A stretch of DNA of 64,000 nt from a virus (IMGVR_UViG_3300037258_000931:1-64000); one strand, 5' to 3'. Shown: positions 43,242-52,016, counted from the stretch's first letter. Notes: generated by a model not told the origin, from the letters alone. Program-made: numbers and translations.

Positions 43242-43605
43242 GATCTTTTGTTTTGGCAGCAATCTGCGTGGAATTCACGGGAAAGGCTCGGCGCTCTATG
43301 CGCGCATGCATTACGGGGCCAAGATGGGCGTAGGCGAAGGCCGCTGCGGGCAAGCTTACGCGATCCCCACCAAGACCACTCCCTGGGAGCGGCGCGAGAT
43401 TGGCGCGATCGCCGCCAGCGTAAACCGGTTTTTGAGTTATGCGCGCCGCCATCCGGAGCTGCGCTTCAAGGTAGTGCGGATCGGCTGCATGAACGCCGGC
43501 TTCAGCGATGACCAGATGGCGCCCTTGTTTGAGGGAGCGCCGGAGAACTGTTTTTTCGATCCTTTATGGGAGCGCTTTGGATTGAAGTGCTGGGAGAATG
43601 GGTGA
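43231..43605 (+). CDS. hypothetical protein
   Basis: 124 aa; FGSNLRGIHGKGSALYA motif; no family assigned. Confidence 0.4.
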   Translation: MDDEIFCFGSNLRGIHGKGSALYARMHYGAKMGVGEGRCGQAYAIPTKTTPWERREIGAIAASVNRFLSYARRHPELRFKVVRIGCMNAGFSDDQMAPLFEGAPENCFFDPLWERFGLKCWENG

Positions 43606-43639
43606 TGGCCGGCAACGCGGCCGGAAACGGGGCTGAGGC

Positions 43640-44284
43640 ATGAAGATCGTGGCGCTGTCTGACACCCACGGCCAGCATCGCATGGTTTCGGTCCCGGACG
43701 GCGACATCCTTATTTTCTCCGGGGATATGACCATGGGCGGGGAACCATGGGCACTCAACGATTTCAGCGAATGGCTGGCGGCCCTGCCGCACGAACACAA
43801 GCTATGGACCTACGGCAATCACGAGTGGACCTGCGATCCGCGTAACGCGCACTACGTGCCTGGCTTCGATTGCATTGTGCAAAGCGGCCGCCGGCTGGGC
43901 GATCACCAGAGCGGAACCCTGGTGAAGGTGAACGGATTGCGCATCTGGGGTTCTCCCGTGCATCCGCGCTTCCATGGTTGGGCTTTCGGCCGCGAGAAAG
44001 GCTCCGACATTCGCCGCTATTGGGAACAGATTCCCCTTGACGCCGACGTGGTGGTAACCCATGGGCCGCCCCAGGGGATTCTGGACGCCAATGGCGCCGG
44101 GGAGCAATGTGGCTGTCCGGCGCTGCGGGACAGGCTGAGTGCGGTTCGGCCGGCCGTGCACATTTTCGGTCATATCCATACCCGCTACGGTGTGGAACAG
44201 AGAGGTGCGACGCGCTTTGTAAACGCGGCGCTGCTGGATGACAAGTACGAGCTGGTTCGAGAGCCGATTGTGCTGGAGGTCTGA
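43640..44284 (+). CDS. metallophosphoesterase (calcineurin-like)
   Basis: Motifs LSDTHG, GDMTMGG, GNHE, VVTHGPP, GHIH in canonical order. Confidence 0.8.
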   Translation: MKIVALSDTHGQHRMVSVPDGDILIFSGDMTMGGEPWALNDFSEWLAALPHEHKLWTYGNHEWTCDPRNAHYVPGFDCIVQSGRRLGDHQSGTLVKVNGLRIWGSPVHPRFHGWAFGREKGSDIRRYWEQIPLDADVVVTHGPPQGILDANGAGEQCGCPALRDRLSAVRPAVHIFGHIHTRYGVEQRGATRFVNAALLDDKYELVREPIVLEV

Positions 44285-44289
44285 GATCC

Positions 44290-44745
44290 ATGATCATCAA
44301 GATTGGCGAAGTGGAGTGGCACGATCTGCAGCGGCAGTTCACTTTTGCGCGGCCGGGCAGATGCGCACACGCACGGCTGCAATATATCGACCACGGGGAG
44401 CTGCTGAAGTGCCTGGACTGCAACGACCAGGTATCGGCGGTGTGGGCGCTCAAACATTTCTTTACTCAATACCAGCGTGAACAGGAGCGGTTGGATGGGG
44501 TCCGGGCCGGAATCAAAAAAGACGAGACTCGCTTAGTGATCCACCGGGCCGCGCTGGCGGTGCAGGACGCATGGCGAAAGCGGACGCTGGTGCCGACCTG
44601 TCCCCATTGCCACCAGGGGATTTTGCCGATGGACGGTTTTGGCAGGACGGGCGGAGTGAGCCGGGAGTATTACAAGACCGCGCCGCTGCGGCTCAAGCGG
44701 GTGATCGAACTGACGATACCGTTGAAGGACGAGAGCGGGGAATGA
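44290..44745 (+). CDS. hypothetical Cys/His-containing protein
   Basis: 151 aa; LKCLDCN...CPHCHQG. Confidence 0.4.
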   Translation: MIIKIGEVEWHDLQRQFTFARPGRCAHARLQYIDHGELLKCLDCNDQVSAVWALKHFFTQYQREQERLDGVRAGIKKDETRLVIHRAALAVQDAWRKRTLVPTCPHCHQGILPMDGFGRTGGVSREYYKTAPLRLKRVIELTIPLKDESGE

Positions 44746-44813
44746 GGCGGTCCGAATTCTGGCTCGCTGGGCGGTTCCGAAGCGCGGGTGATGGCTCGGT
44801 TGGAAGGGAGTAT

Positions 44814-44895
44814 TCCCTCAGGGGCTAATGCCCAACTTGTTTCCGGCTCTTTACGGCACGGCTGAAGCCGTGCCCTTTCAAAGCACGGGCAAATT
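44814..44895. repeat. CCTCAGGGGCTAA-type hairpin-cluster element, copy 2
   Basis: CCCTCAGGGGCTAATGCCC...CACGGCTGAAGCCGTGCCCTTTCAAAGCACGGGC. Confidence 0.5.
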
Positions 44896-45006
44896 AGGAC
44901 ACTGCTGACGCGCGCAATTTTTGACTTGGAGGCACCCGCAGCCTGTATGCTGCTGGTGACGTCTCGAAGCCGGATAGAAAGGCGCGGGCGCGGAGGAGAA
45001 AGCACG

Positions 45007-45498
45007 ATGCCAAGAAAAGCGACGACTAAAGGGAATCCGAAGACTGAGGGGAAATCAAAGAAAACTGCGAACGTTACCGAAGCGGAGAAAAAACTGATTT
45101 GTCCGGAGTGCGGCGCCGGGCCGTATCAAGACAAGCGTGGCTGGGCTACGCATCGCTTCAACGTGCATAAGATCCACGGAACATCGGCCTCGACAATCGC
45201 TTACCACAGAAAGCAGGACCGGGCCCGGCTGGCGGGGCTGGCAGGGAAGGATGTTGCGCCTGCGGCGCCTGAGCGTAAACCGCGAGCATCCGCTCCGGCC
45301 CGTGCCGCGGCTTCAGACGGGACGGCGGCCTACGATGTTCCAGCGAGCCTGGTGGGGTACACCGCGGCCAAGTTCGAGCTGGCCCTGCATGCAATAGCGA
45401 TCGAGCACTCGCTGCCGAAGCAGCAGTTTGTCCAGGCGGTGGCGTTCTACCTCTCCGCGATATCAAGGGAACAGAAGAGCTCTGAAGAGCAGAACTAG
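45007..45498 (+). CDS. hypothetical zinc-ribbon protein
   Basis: ATG at 45007; 163 aa; CPECG...HRFNVH. Confidence 0.4.
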   Translation: MPRKATTKGNPKTEGKSKKTANVTEAEKKLICPECGAGPYQDKRGWATHRFNVHKIHGTSASTIAYHRKQDRARLAGLAGKDVAPAAPERKPRASAPARAAASDGTAAYDVPASLVGYTAAKFELALHAIAIEHSLPKQQFVQAVAFYLSAISREQKSSEEQN

Positions 45499-45507
45499 GG
45501 CGTTGCG

Positions 45508-45753
45508 ATGGTTGATTCTTTTCATCCTCCTTCTGAGGTGCTCTCATTGTGGGTGGTCTACGCGCATCCGCTGGACTACCCACAGAACTTTGTGCTGCGG
45601 CGCTGGGAGTTGCGCGATAGGGTGTTACTGCCCACCAACGAGGTGTCGCTGGGAATGACTTTCGAAGAGATTCGCGCCGCGCTGCCGCCGGGGCTGTATT
45701 GGCTGCCCCGTTTCGCAGGCGACGATCCGTGTATTGTGGAGGTGTGGCTGTGA
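45508..45753 (+). CDS. small hypothetical protein
   Basis: 81 aa. Confidence 0.3.
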   Translation: MVDSFHPPSEVLSLWVVYAHPLDYPQNFVLRRWELRDRVLLPTNEVSLGMTFEEIRAALPPGLYWLPRFAGDDPCIVEVWL

Positions 45754-46001
45754 GCGACGATCGGCTGCAGGACCTTGAACTCTACGCCTGGGTGGGCGAA
45801 GATGAGTTCGGCAGCGGCGCGGTTGGGTTGAAGCAAGGCGTGGTGCCCGCTGGGACCATTCCCATGGTGGCCATCGAGCGGGAGAAGCTGGACCGGTACT
45901 GGGCAAACGCGGAGCGGCAAGCCGCGGCCTTTGGCAAGCGAATCTCGCTGGTGCGATTCAGGGCGGTAGAAGTGGTGAGGCGGACGGCTGCGGGGGACTA
46001 A
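45750..46001 (+). CDS. small hypothetical protein whose stop codon abuts the mini CRISPR array
   Basis: GTG overlapping the upstream stop (GTGA); 83 aa; TAA at 45999-46001. Confidence 0.3.
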   Translation: MSDDRLQDLELYAWVGEDEFGSGAVGLKQGVVPAGTIPMVAIEREKLDRYWANAERQAAAFGKRISLVRFRAVEVVRRTAAGD

Positions 46002-46163
46002 GTGCACTGGGCAAGTGCAACTCAACGGAGGCAGGTTTGCCCTCTTCGGCAAGCGTTGCAACGAAGACAAAGTGCGCTGGAGAAGTGCAACAGTTCATGG
46101 TGATATGAATTGCGGGCGAAGGCGGGGTTGCAACCAGCTCCGAGCGCACTACGCGCGTGCAAT
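46000..46163 (+). CRISPR. mini CRISPR array (3 repeats / 2 spacers) of the same repeat family, first and last repeats degenerate
   Basis: AAGTGCACTGGGCAAGTGCAAC (46000-46021), GTTGCAACGAAGACAAAGTGCGCTGGAGAAGTGCAAC (46055-46091), GTTGCAACCAGCTCCGAGCGCACTACGCGCGTGCAAT (46127-46163); spacers 31 and 34 nt. Confidence 0.55.
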
Positions 46164-46188
46164 GCAATTGATTGGAGAGCGGGGCGAT

Positions 46189-46665
46189 ATGCCGAACCGA
46201 TGGACCAAAACCGCTTCGAGGCTGATGACCGGCCGGGTAGCGCTGAGCCATGAAATTATGATTACGGTGTGGCCGTTTTTTCTGGGCGCGCTGTGCGCCT
46301 GGGACGTGGAGAGACATCTCTGGGTGATGGTGGCACTGAATGGCGCGCTGAGCGTGGTGCTGGCGGCGGCGGCGGTTTATTTGCACCGCGCGCGCCGGCT
46401 GGCGCTGGAGGTTGTGATGCACGTGCGGGAGGCGACGGAACAGCGGGCGCTGGCCGCGGAGGCGGAGCGGGGAAGATTGCGCCAGGTGGCGCTCTCGGCC
46501 CTGGCTTTGAAGCTGACGATCGAGCACGGATTTCCCCCCAATCTCGATGCGCTGACCCGGGACCTGGCCGCAGTGGTTGAAGTGCAGAGCGTGACAGTGA
46601 CTCGGGCCCCTGCCGGGCAGCCTGAAACCGGCTGGACCAAAACGGACCGGTCCAAAATAAACTAG
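46189..46665 (+). CDS. hypothetical membrane protein
   Basis: 158 aa from ATG 46189 (the ORF track N-terminal extension runs through the mini-array); two hydrophobic helices. Confidence 0.4.
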   Translation: MPNRWTKTASRLMTGRVALSHEIMITVWPFFLGALCAWDVERHLWVMVALNGALSVVLAAAAVYLHRARRLALEVVMHVREATEQRALAAEAERGRLRQVALSALALKLTIEHGFPPNLDALTRDLAAVVEVQSVTVTRAPAGQPETGWTKTDRSKIN

Positions 46666-46677
46666 AATGGCTGGACG

Positions 46678-46870
46678 GAGAACAGGGATCAGAGGTCAGA
46701 GATCAGGGGTCAGGGGTCAGTTAAGAGCAAAAGCAAAAGCAAAGGCAACCGCAGGTCCTTCGACTTCGGTCGCTTTGCTCCCTGCGCTCAGGATGACAGT
46801 CGAGGTAAAGGTGACAGGTTTTTTCTGACCCCTGATCTCTGATCCCTGAAAACTGACCCCTGACCCCTGT
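46678..46870. repeat. GGGATCAG-family element, full
   Basis: Canonical; immediately upstream of ssb. Confidence 0.85.
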
Positions 46871-46886
46871 TGTCTGAAGGAGAACC

Positions 46887-47390
46887 ATGGCCAAGAGCAT
46901 GAACAAAGCGATTCTGCTGGGCAACGTGGGCAAGGACCCCGAGATCCGCACCCTGAGCAACGGTACCAAGATAGCCACCCTGGCGCTGGCCACCAGCGAG
47001 CGCATCAAGGACAAGCAGGGCAACTGGGAGGACCGGACCGAATGGCACACGTTGGTGGCTTTTGCGCGGCTGGCCGAGGTGATCGAACAGTACGTGCGCA
47101 AGGGCAGCAAGCTGTGTATCGAGGGCCGGATCGCGACCCGGAGCTGGGACGACAAACAGTCGGGCGAGAAAAAATATGCGACCGAGATCAAGATCGACGA
47201 TCTGGTGCTTTGCGATGCCAGGGGTCAGAGATCAGAGGTCAGGGTTCAGGGATCAGGGATCAGAGATCAGGGATCAGTTGTCGGGGATCAGGGCCGCTCG
47301 GGTCAGCCCGCAGGTCAACTCGCGGGGGGGCGCGGGGGCAGCGTGGTGGATGAGCGCGACCCGACCGACGACTGGGCCGATTTCCGGTAA
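46887..47390 (+). CDS. ssb: single-stranded DNA-binding protein
   Basis: N-terminal OB fold MNKAILLGNVGKDPEIRTLSNG...WHTLVAFARLAE...ATRSW...KYATEIKIDD; linker contains an in-frame GGGATCAG tract; acidic tip DDWADF. Confidence 0.8.
   Translation: MAKSMNKAILLGNVGKDPEIRTLSNGTKIATLALATSERIKDKQGNWEDRTEWHTLVAFARLAEVIEQYVRKGSKLCIEGRIATRSWDDKQSGEKKYATEIKIDDLVLCDARGQRSEVRVQGSGIRDQGSVVGDQGRSGQPAGQLAGGRGGSVVDERDPTDDWADFR
47220..47292. repeat. GGGATCAG tract translated in frame inside ssb (linker region)
   Basis: About nine tandem units encoding RGQRSEVRVQGSGIRDQGSVVGDQG. Confidence 0.8.
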
Positions 47391-47402
47391 GGAGAGCGAA
47401 AG

Positions 47403-47627
47403 ATGCAAACGGGCGTCGATTATCCGACCGAAGAAGAACTGGCTGCGTGGCCAAACTGCGCAACGCCGGACTGCCCGCACAAATGCTGTCGCATCATGGA
47501 TTCGATCTACTGCTCGCCGTGCAATATGCACATGCGCCGTCTGACCCGAGACCAATGGAGCGCGCTGATCGCCCAACGGCGGAAGGAACTTTTTGGTGAG
47601 GAGCCATGCCGGCCGGCAGAGTCGTAG
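47403..47627 (+). CDS. small Cys-rich protein
   Basis: 74 aa; CATPDCPHKCC...CSPCNMH. Confidence 0.35.
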   Translation: MQTGVDYPTEEELAAWPNCATPDCPHKCCRIMDSIYCSPCNMHMRRLTRDQWSALIAQRRKELFGEEPCRPAES

Positions 47628-47737
47628 ACGGACATCTGACAACTGAAAATTAAAAAGAAACTGGACCGGCAGTCCAGCTTCTGGACCATCTTTGCGCGGC
47701 TGCGCCCACCGGGGCGGCCGGGACCTGGTGCGGAGCT

Positions 47738-48436
47738 ATGACTGACCGGATGGTGGCGGGACGTATTTCGAAGCGGGCTGAGGCGAAAGACATCCGCCCC
47801 TTTTTGGACAGGATCGCGCTGTACCGGCGGGAGCTGGCCGGCAAGCCCTGCCGGCGGGTGGCGCGGGGCGAGGATCTGAGCGGGCTGCTGGCGGAGCTGG
47901 AGCGGGTGGGCCGGGGGCTCGACGGAGTGGGCATTGCCGCGCCGCAGATCGGGGTGTTTCTGCAGGTGGCGCTGCTGTTTCCAGAGATCAGGGACCAGTT
48001 GTCAGGGATCAGGGGTCAGCGATCAGGGGTCAGGAAGGGCAGGAAGGGAGCGGTCCAGCCGTCATCCGTGGTGCTGGTGAATCCGGAGATTGAGAACCTG
48101 CGCGGGAAAGACATTCTGGAGTACGAGGGATGCTTGAGCCTGCCGCCTTTCCCGGGATGCGAGTCGCACCTGCAAGCATCCAGGCGCATGGCGGAGGCGC
48201 GGGTGTGGCGCAGCGAGGTGATCGAGATCCGCAGCGGCACGGTGGACGATCCCGCGGCCGGACTGAAGCACACCTTCCGCGGCTACCTGGCGCGGATTGT
48301 GCAGCACGAGATGGATCACCTCAAGGGAGTGTTCTTTATCGACCACTGCGGGCCGATCGGCCGGGAGCAGGTGTTAAAGCGGTTTGGGGAGTATTTGAAA
48401 GCCAGGGATCAGTTGTCAGGGGTCAGGGGTCAGTGA
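47738..48436 (+). CDS. def: peptide deformylase with an in-frame repeat insertion
   Basis: Motifs GIAAPQIGV (GxGxAAxQ), EGCLSLP, HEMDHL in order; about 16 aa translated from a GGGATCAG tract between motif 1 and the beta region; C-terminus also runs into a repeat arm. Confidence 0.65.
   Translation: MTDRMVAGRISKRAEAKDIRPFLDRIALYRRELAGKPCRRVARGEDLSGLLAELERVGRGLDGVGIAAPQIGVFLQVALLFPEIRDQLSGIRGQRSGVRKGRKGAVQPSSVVLVNPEIENLRGKDILEYEGCLSLPPFPGCESHLQASRRMAEARVWRSEVIEIRSGTVDDPAAGLKHTFRGYLARIVQHEMDHLKGVFFIDHCGPIGREQVLKRFGEYLKARDQLSGVRGQ
47983..48035. repeat. GGGATCAG tract translated in frame inside def
   Basis: gagatcagggaccagttgtcagggatcaggggtcagcgatcaggggtcagg encodes EIRDQLSGIRGQRSGVR. Confidence 0.8.
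48403..48434. repeat. GGGATCAG tract forming the C-terminal codons of def
   Basis: cagggatcagttgtcaggggtcaggggtcagtga. Confidence 0.75.
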
Positions 48437-48813
48437 AAGCCGCGTACTACAATGAGCCTGACCCGCAGAAGGCTGCGTGGCTTACTGAGCTGATGCGGCG
48501 TGACGTGGTGGCCGCGGGCGAGATGATCTGGCGAGTATTGGAACAGGGAGAAGCGGCGATGAGGCATGAGACGCAGATACGGAACCGGGAGCTGGGCAAT
48601 GAGATCCTGTTGCCCGTGACCATCGAGGTGGAACTGGAACGGCAGGAAGAGGAGAGCGCGATCCGCCTGGAACGCGTGCGCTGTCACCACTACCACTTTA
48701 CGGAGGAGTTCGGAGTAGATATTTTTCTGGTGGAGGCCGGCCGGCTGGTGCGGAAAGCAGCCTACAACGGAGTCTTAGGAGTGCGCGAGCTGGAACCCGA
48801 CGAGGGGGGGTAG
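48433..48813 (+). CDS. hypothetical protein
   Basis: GTG overlapping the def stop (GTGA); 126 aa. Confidence 0.35.
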   Translation: MKAAYYNEPDPQKAAWLTELMRRDVVAAGEMIWRVLEQGEAAMRHETQIRNRELGNEILLPVTIEVELERQEEESAIRLERVRCHHYHFTEEFGVDIFLVEAGRLVRKAAYNGVLGVRELEPDEGG

Positions 48814-48818
48814 CAAGC

Positions 48819-49058
48819 ATGTGGAGCAAACGGCCTAAGCTCGGCGCGAAGGGCTTGCGCTGCAAGATTCTGATTTTGGATGCAGGCAAGCGGGCTTATT
48901 TTTGCGAGCGACCGGCGCGCAGATATGCTTGCTCCAAAAAGGGGCTGGACGGTTCGGTGTATGATTTGGGCACCATCGATTGCTGCGTGAATCATGCCCG
49001 CAAGGTGGAGCGGCAAGGAGTGACTCTGATGCTCATGGACCGGCGCAGGAAGACGTAG
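48819..49058 (+). CDS. small hypothetical protein
   Basis: 79 aa; CERPARRYAC...CCVNH. Confidence 0.3.
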   Translation: MWSKRPKLGAKGLRCKILILDAGKRAYFCERPARRYACSKKGLDGSVYDLGTIDCCVNHARKVERQGVTLMLMDRRRKT

Positions 49059-49098
49059 GGCTGCGCGGGATGGGCGTGCGGCGATGAGGGGGGTCCGG

Positions 49099-49362
49099 AT
49101 GCAACACACGATTGAGTTCAAGCCTTCGGGGCGGGGCCAGGCGCGGGGGCGGCCCAACCCGGAGTACCCCCATGGAATGCGGATGCCGGCGCCGCCAGGA
49201 GTGGAGAAAACCTGCCGGATCGAGCTGCCCTATCCGGCGCCGGCGTGCGGAATGTTTCTGGTCCGCTGCGACATCTGTGGACGGAAGACAGCGGTCACCA
49301 CACTGGGCAGAGCGGACGACCTGGTGAGCTTTGAAATGCCCTGCGGCGAGGAACAGCCGTGA
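49099..49362 (+). CDS. small hypothetical protein
   Basis: 87 aa; CDICGRK...CGEE. Confidence 0.35.
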   Translation: MQHTIEFKPSGRGQARGRPNPEYPHGMRMPAPPGVEKTCRIELPYPAPACGMFLVRCDICGRKTAVTTLGRADDLVSFEMPCGEEQP

Positions 49363-49383
49363 GCTGCTTTCAGCCATGAGAAG

Positions 49384-49602
49384 GTGTCAGGCATGAACTG
49401 GTTTACGGAGCAGCGCCAGCACTGGATCGCGGAGACGGTGTGGATCTTCGGCTCGATCAACCGCGGGCATATCCAGCGCAAGTTCGGGGTGTCGCGGATG
49501 GTGGCCTCGACCGATCTGCGGCGGTTTATGGAGAGCCATCCCGGAGTGCTGGTGTACGACATGAGTGGGAAGCGGTATGTGGTCGACGAGGGAAAAAGCT
49601 AG
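49384..49602 (+). CDS. small winged-helix/helix-turn-helix-like DNA-binding protein
   Basis: 72 aa; GHIQRKFGVSRMVASTDLRRFME helix-turn-helix-like. Confidence 0.35.
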   Translation: MSGMNWFTEQRQHWIAETVWIFGSINRGHIQRKFGVSRMVASTDLRRFMESHPGVLVYDMSGKRYVVDEGKS

Positions 49603-49627
49603 GGCGCAGTGGAAACGGAGAGCAGAT

Positions 49628-49810
49628 ATGGACCTGAACGGTCTGAAATTTCTGGCGGCGGCCAGCCTTTTAAGCGGCTCGGTACGGGCCAAGCTGGCCG
49701 GTAAAAGCGATCGATGGACGGCATCGGAACCGTTGGATGTGGAGATTCAAGCGGCGGTGAAGGTGGCCGGACGCATCTGGGACGAGGTGGTGGAGCAAGA
49801 TCCGGACTGA
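49628..49810 (+). CDS. small hypothetical protein
   Basis: 60 aa. Confidence 0.3.
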   Translation: MDLNGLKFLAAASLLSGSVRAKLAGKSDRWTASEPLDVEIQAAVKVAGRIWDEVVEQDPD

Positions 49811-49838
49811 ACTGGGCCCGAGCGGGAGCGGGAATCTT

Positions 49839-50207
49839 ATGGCGATGGCATGCAAAACCGGAAGTCCGTACAAGCTGTTTGTGTGGCGTTGCCAGCCGCT
49901 CTACGTGGTGATGGCTCACGCCCGGACGGTGGCCGAGGCTCGCAAGCTGGCGCTGGAAGAGTGTCGCGGAACCGGAGACGAAAGCACCCCGGTGCGCCGG
50001 CGGGCGTATATCGCTGTCGAGACTACCACCCCGGAGATTCACTACCGGGAGAATGCCGAGTTTGTGCTGACCGACTCGGCGGAGCTGGAAGAGATGGAAG
50101 CCTATGCCCGGGTGCTGGCGGAGCGAATTAGAGAACTGACCGGGATAGCCGGCATCTCGATGGAGCAGTACCGGGAAACCGCTAAGGCAGTTTTCAGGGA
50201 ACGGTAG
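49839..50207 (+). CDS. hypothetical protein
   Basis: 122 aa; ends at a full repeat element. Confidence 0.4.
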   Translation: MAMACKTGSPYKLFVWRCQPLYVVMAHARTVAEARKLALEECRGTGDESTPVRRRAYIAVETTTPEIHYRENAEFVLTDSAELEEMEAYARVLAERIRELTGIAGISMEQYRETAKAVFRER

Positions 50208-50209
50208 CC

Positions 50210-50417
50210 AGAGATCAGGGGTCAGTTATCAGGGGTCAGGGATCAGTTAGAAGCAAGAGCAAAAGCAACGGCAACCGCGGGTCCTTCGACTTCGGTCGCT
50301 CTGCTCCCTGCGCTCAGGATGACAGCCGATTTAGGTGCTCAGGATGACAGGTTTTTACTGATCCCTGATCTCTGACCCCTGATCTCTGAAACCTGATCTC
50401 TGAAATCTGATCCCTGG
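50210..50417. repeat. GGGATCAG-family element, full
   Basis: Core with gctcaggatgacagccgatttaggtgctcaggatgacagg; long right arm. Confidence 0.85.
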
Positions 50418-50433
50418 TCCCCGTGGAGACTTT

Positions 50434-51123
50434 ATGCTGATTCAGTCGCGGTTCAAGGACTATTACGACTTTGTGGCGGCCCAATACGGGGGCGGCGACC
50501 CCAAGGTGCGCTACCTGCGCGGGGGGTTGCGGCGGACCGAAATCTTTGTGGACCGGTTCCCGCTGGCCGACCCGCTGAGCTGGCCGCACTTGGACGCGGA
50601 TTATGAGCTGGCTTATCTGATCGTCGCCGGGAAGGCGTATCTGCTGCGGCGGGATAAGAAGCCGGGGCGGAAGTTCTCCGATTTCCGGGTGGCGGATGCG
50701 GAAGCGGTAAGCGAGGCAGACCGAAAGACCCGGACCGCGGGCCGCCGGTATCTTGCCCAGCGCCGGGTCTTTGGCGGCCGCGACTTCGATTTCACATTCG
50801 GCAGGCAGTATGACTTTCTGGTGAGCTTGCACCGCGCCGCCGGAGCGCCCGCGCTGGTGATTGACCAGGTGTGGCGGCCGGCCAGCCGGGACCGGATGCA
50901 GGATCGCATTCAGATCGATCTGTGGGAGCGGTGTCCGGTGCTCAAGCATCTGGGCATGGCGGCGGTGGTTTCGCCCGAGCAGATGTACCAGGAGCTGGCC
51001 TATTTCGTGGGCAATCTGATGAAGGTTTCTCCGGATATCGCTCCGCCGGTGGAAGTGGACAACCAGCACAAGATTCTGGCCGCGGGGTTCGATCTGAAGA
51101 CTTCGTTCCGGCACCGGAAGTGA
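50434..51123 (+). CDS. hypothetical protein
   Basis: 229 aa, ordinary composition (Tyr/Phe/Asp/Arg-rich). Confidence 0.45.
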   Translation: MLIQSRFKDYYDFVAAQYGGGDPKVRYLRGGLRRTEIFVDRFPLADPLSWPHLDADYELAYLIVAGKAYLLRRDKKPGRKFSDFRVADAEAVSEADRKTRTAGRRYLAQRRVFGGRDFDFTFGRQYDFLVSLHRAAGAPALVIDQVWRPASRDRMQDRIQIDLWERCPVLKHLGMAAVVSPEQMYQELAYFVGNLMKVSPDIAPPVEVDNQHKILAAGFDLKTSFRHRK

Positions 51124-51181
51124 GGAACAGGGGTCAGAGAACAGTTATCAGGGATCAGTTGTCAGGGGTCAGTTGTCAGGG
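51124..51181. repeat. GGGATCAG-family solo left arm
   Basis: aacaggggtcagagaacagttatcagggatcagttgtcaggggtcagttgtcaggg. Confidence 0.7.
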
Positions 51182-51189
51182 AGGGCGTT

Positions 51190-51627
51190 GTGGCGGAGAA
51201 TCCGGCAACCTGGAATGAAGATGTGAGGGCCATCTTTGCGGTGATGAGCGAGGCGTCCCGGATGGTCCAGCCGGGCGGTGATTTAGTCTTCGGGCATTCG
51301 GTCTACGTGGAGATTGAGCAGGCGGTGGTGGCGCCGCTGCGGGCCCAGCTTGCAGCGGACGCAACTGAGATCGCCCAGTTGAAGGCGGAGATTACGGATC
51401 TGAAGCGGTTCGGACAGCAGTTGGTCGATTCGCCGATTGTTGCCGAGGCCGGGCGGCTGGTGGCTGGATGGAACGGAAAAGAGGGGCAGAAATATCCGCC
51501 GCACCCATTTGAACTGGGTTGCCGGATCGACACTGTGTGCGGCGAAGTCTATGCGCTCGATCTGTACGCAAGCAACTTCCAGCTAGTGCTGGTCAGGTTA
51601 CCGGGAAAAGTGAAGGAGGCCGAATGA
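51190..51627 (+). CDS. hypothetical protein
   Basis: 145 aa. Confidence 0.4.
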   Translation: MAENPATWNEDVRAIFAVMSEASRMVQPGGDLVFGHSVYVEIEQAVVAPLRAQLAADATEIAQLKAEITDLKRFGQQLVDSPIVAEAGRLVAGWNGKEGQKYPPHPFELGCRIDTVCGEVYALDLYASNFQLVLVRLPGKVKEAE

Positions 51628-51800
51628 GAGCCAAGGCACAGCGGACGCTGGAAGAGCGGGAACGGTTACGGAAGATCAAGCGAGACGAAAAACGCACCAC
51701 GGGCGATTGGGGCGGAAGTGCTCGGGACCGGCGTAAACAGCGGCGCGCCCGGGGTCCGGGACAGGCTGGGGTACAAGCTGAGACAGGGATGGTGGCATGA
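51624..51800 (+). CDS. small basic hypothetical protein
   Basis: ATGA overlap with the upstream gene; 58 aa. Confidence 0.3.
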   Translation: MRAKAQRTLEERERLRKIKRDEKRTTGDWGGSARDRRKQRRARGPGQAGVQAETGMVA

Positions 51801-51970
51801 CTCCCGAGGAGATTCGCGCGATCTATGTGGCGGTAGGTCCGGAGAGTACGCGCGTGGCGCAGAACGCGATCCTGCGGGAGTTTACCGCCCAGTTTGCGAC
51901 TCTTGTGGATTGCGTGCAGCGGCTGACCGGGCTGGTGGAAGCGGCGGCCGCGGAAGAGCGAAAAGCGTAA
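51797..51970 (+). CDS. small hypothetical protein
   Basis: ATGA overlap; 57 aa; last rightward gene before the strand switch. Confidence 0.35.
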   Translation: MTPEEIRAIYVAVGPESTRVAQNAILREFTAQFATLVDCVQRLTGLVEAAAAEERKA

Positions 51971-52016
51971 TCTAAGCGCATCTTGAGCGCAGGATATTTG
52001 CCGGGTGGTGGGGACC

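Noticed and set aside
41874-43262. 462-aa ORF on the minus strand
   Set aside because: Antisense to the SLOG-like gene 42132-43241; Arg/Pro/His-rich, no start-site signals.
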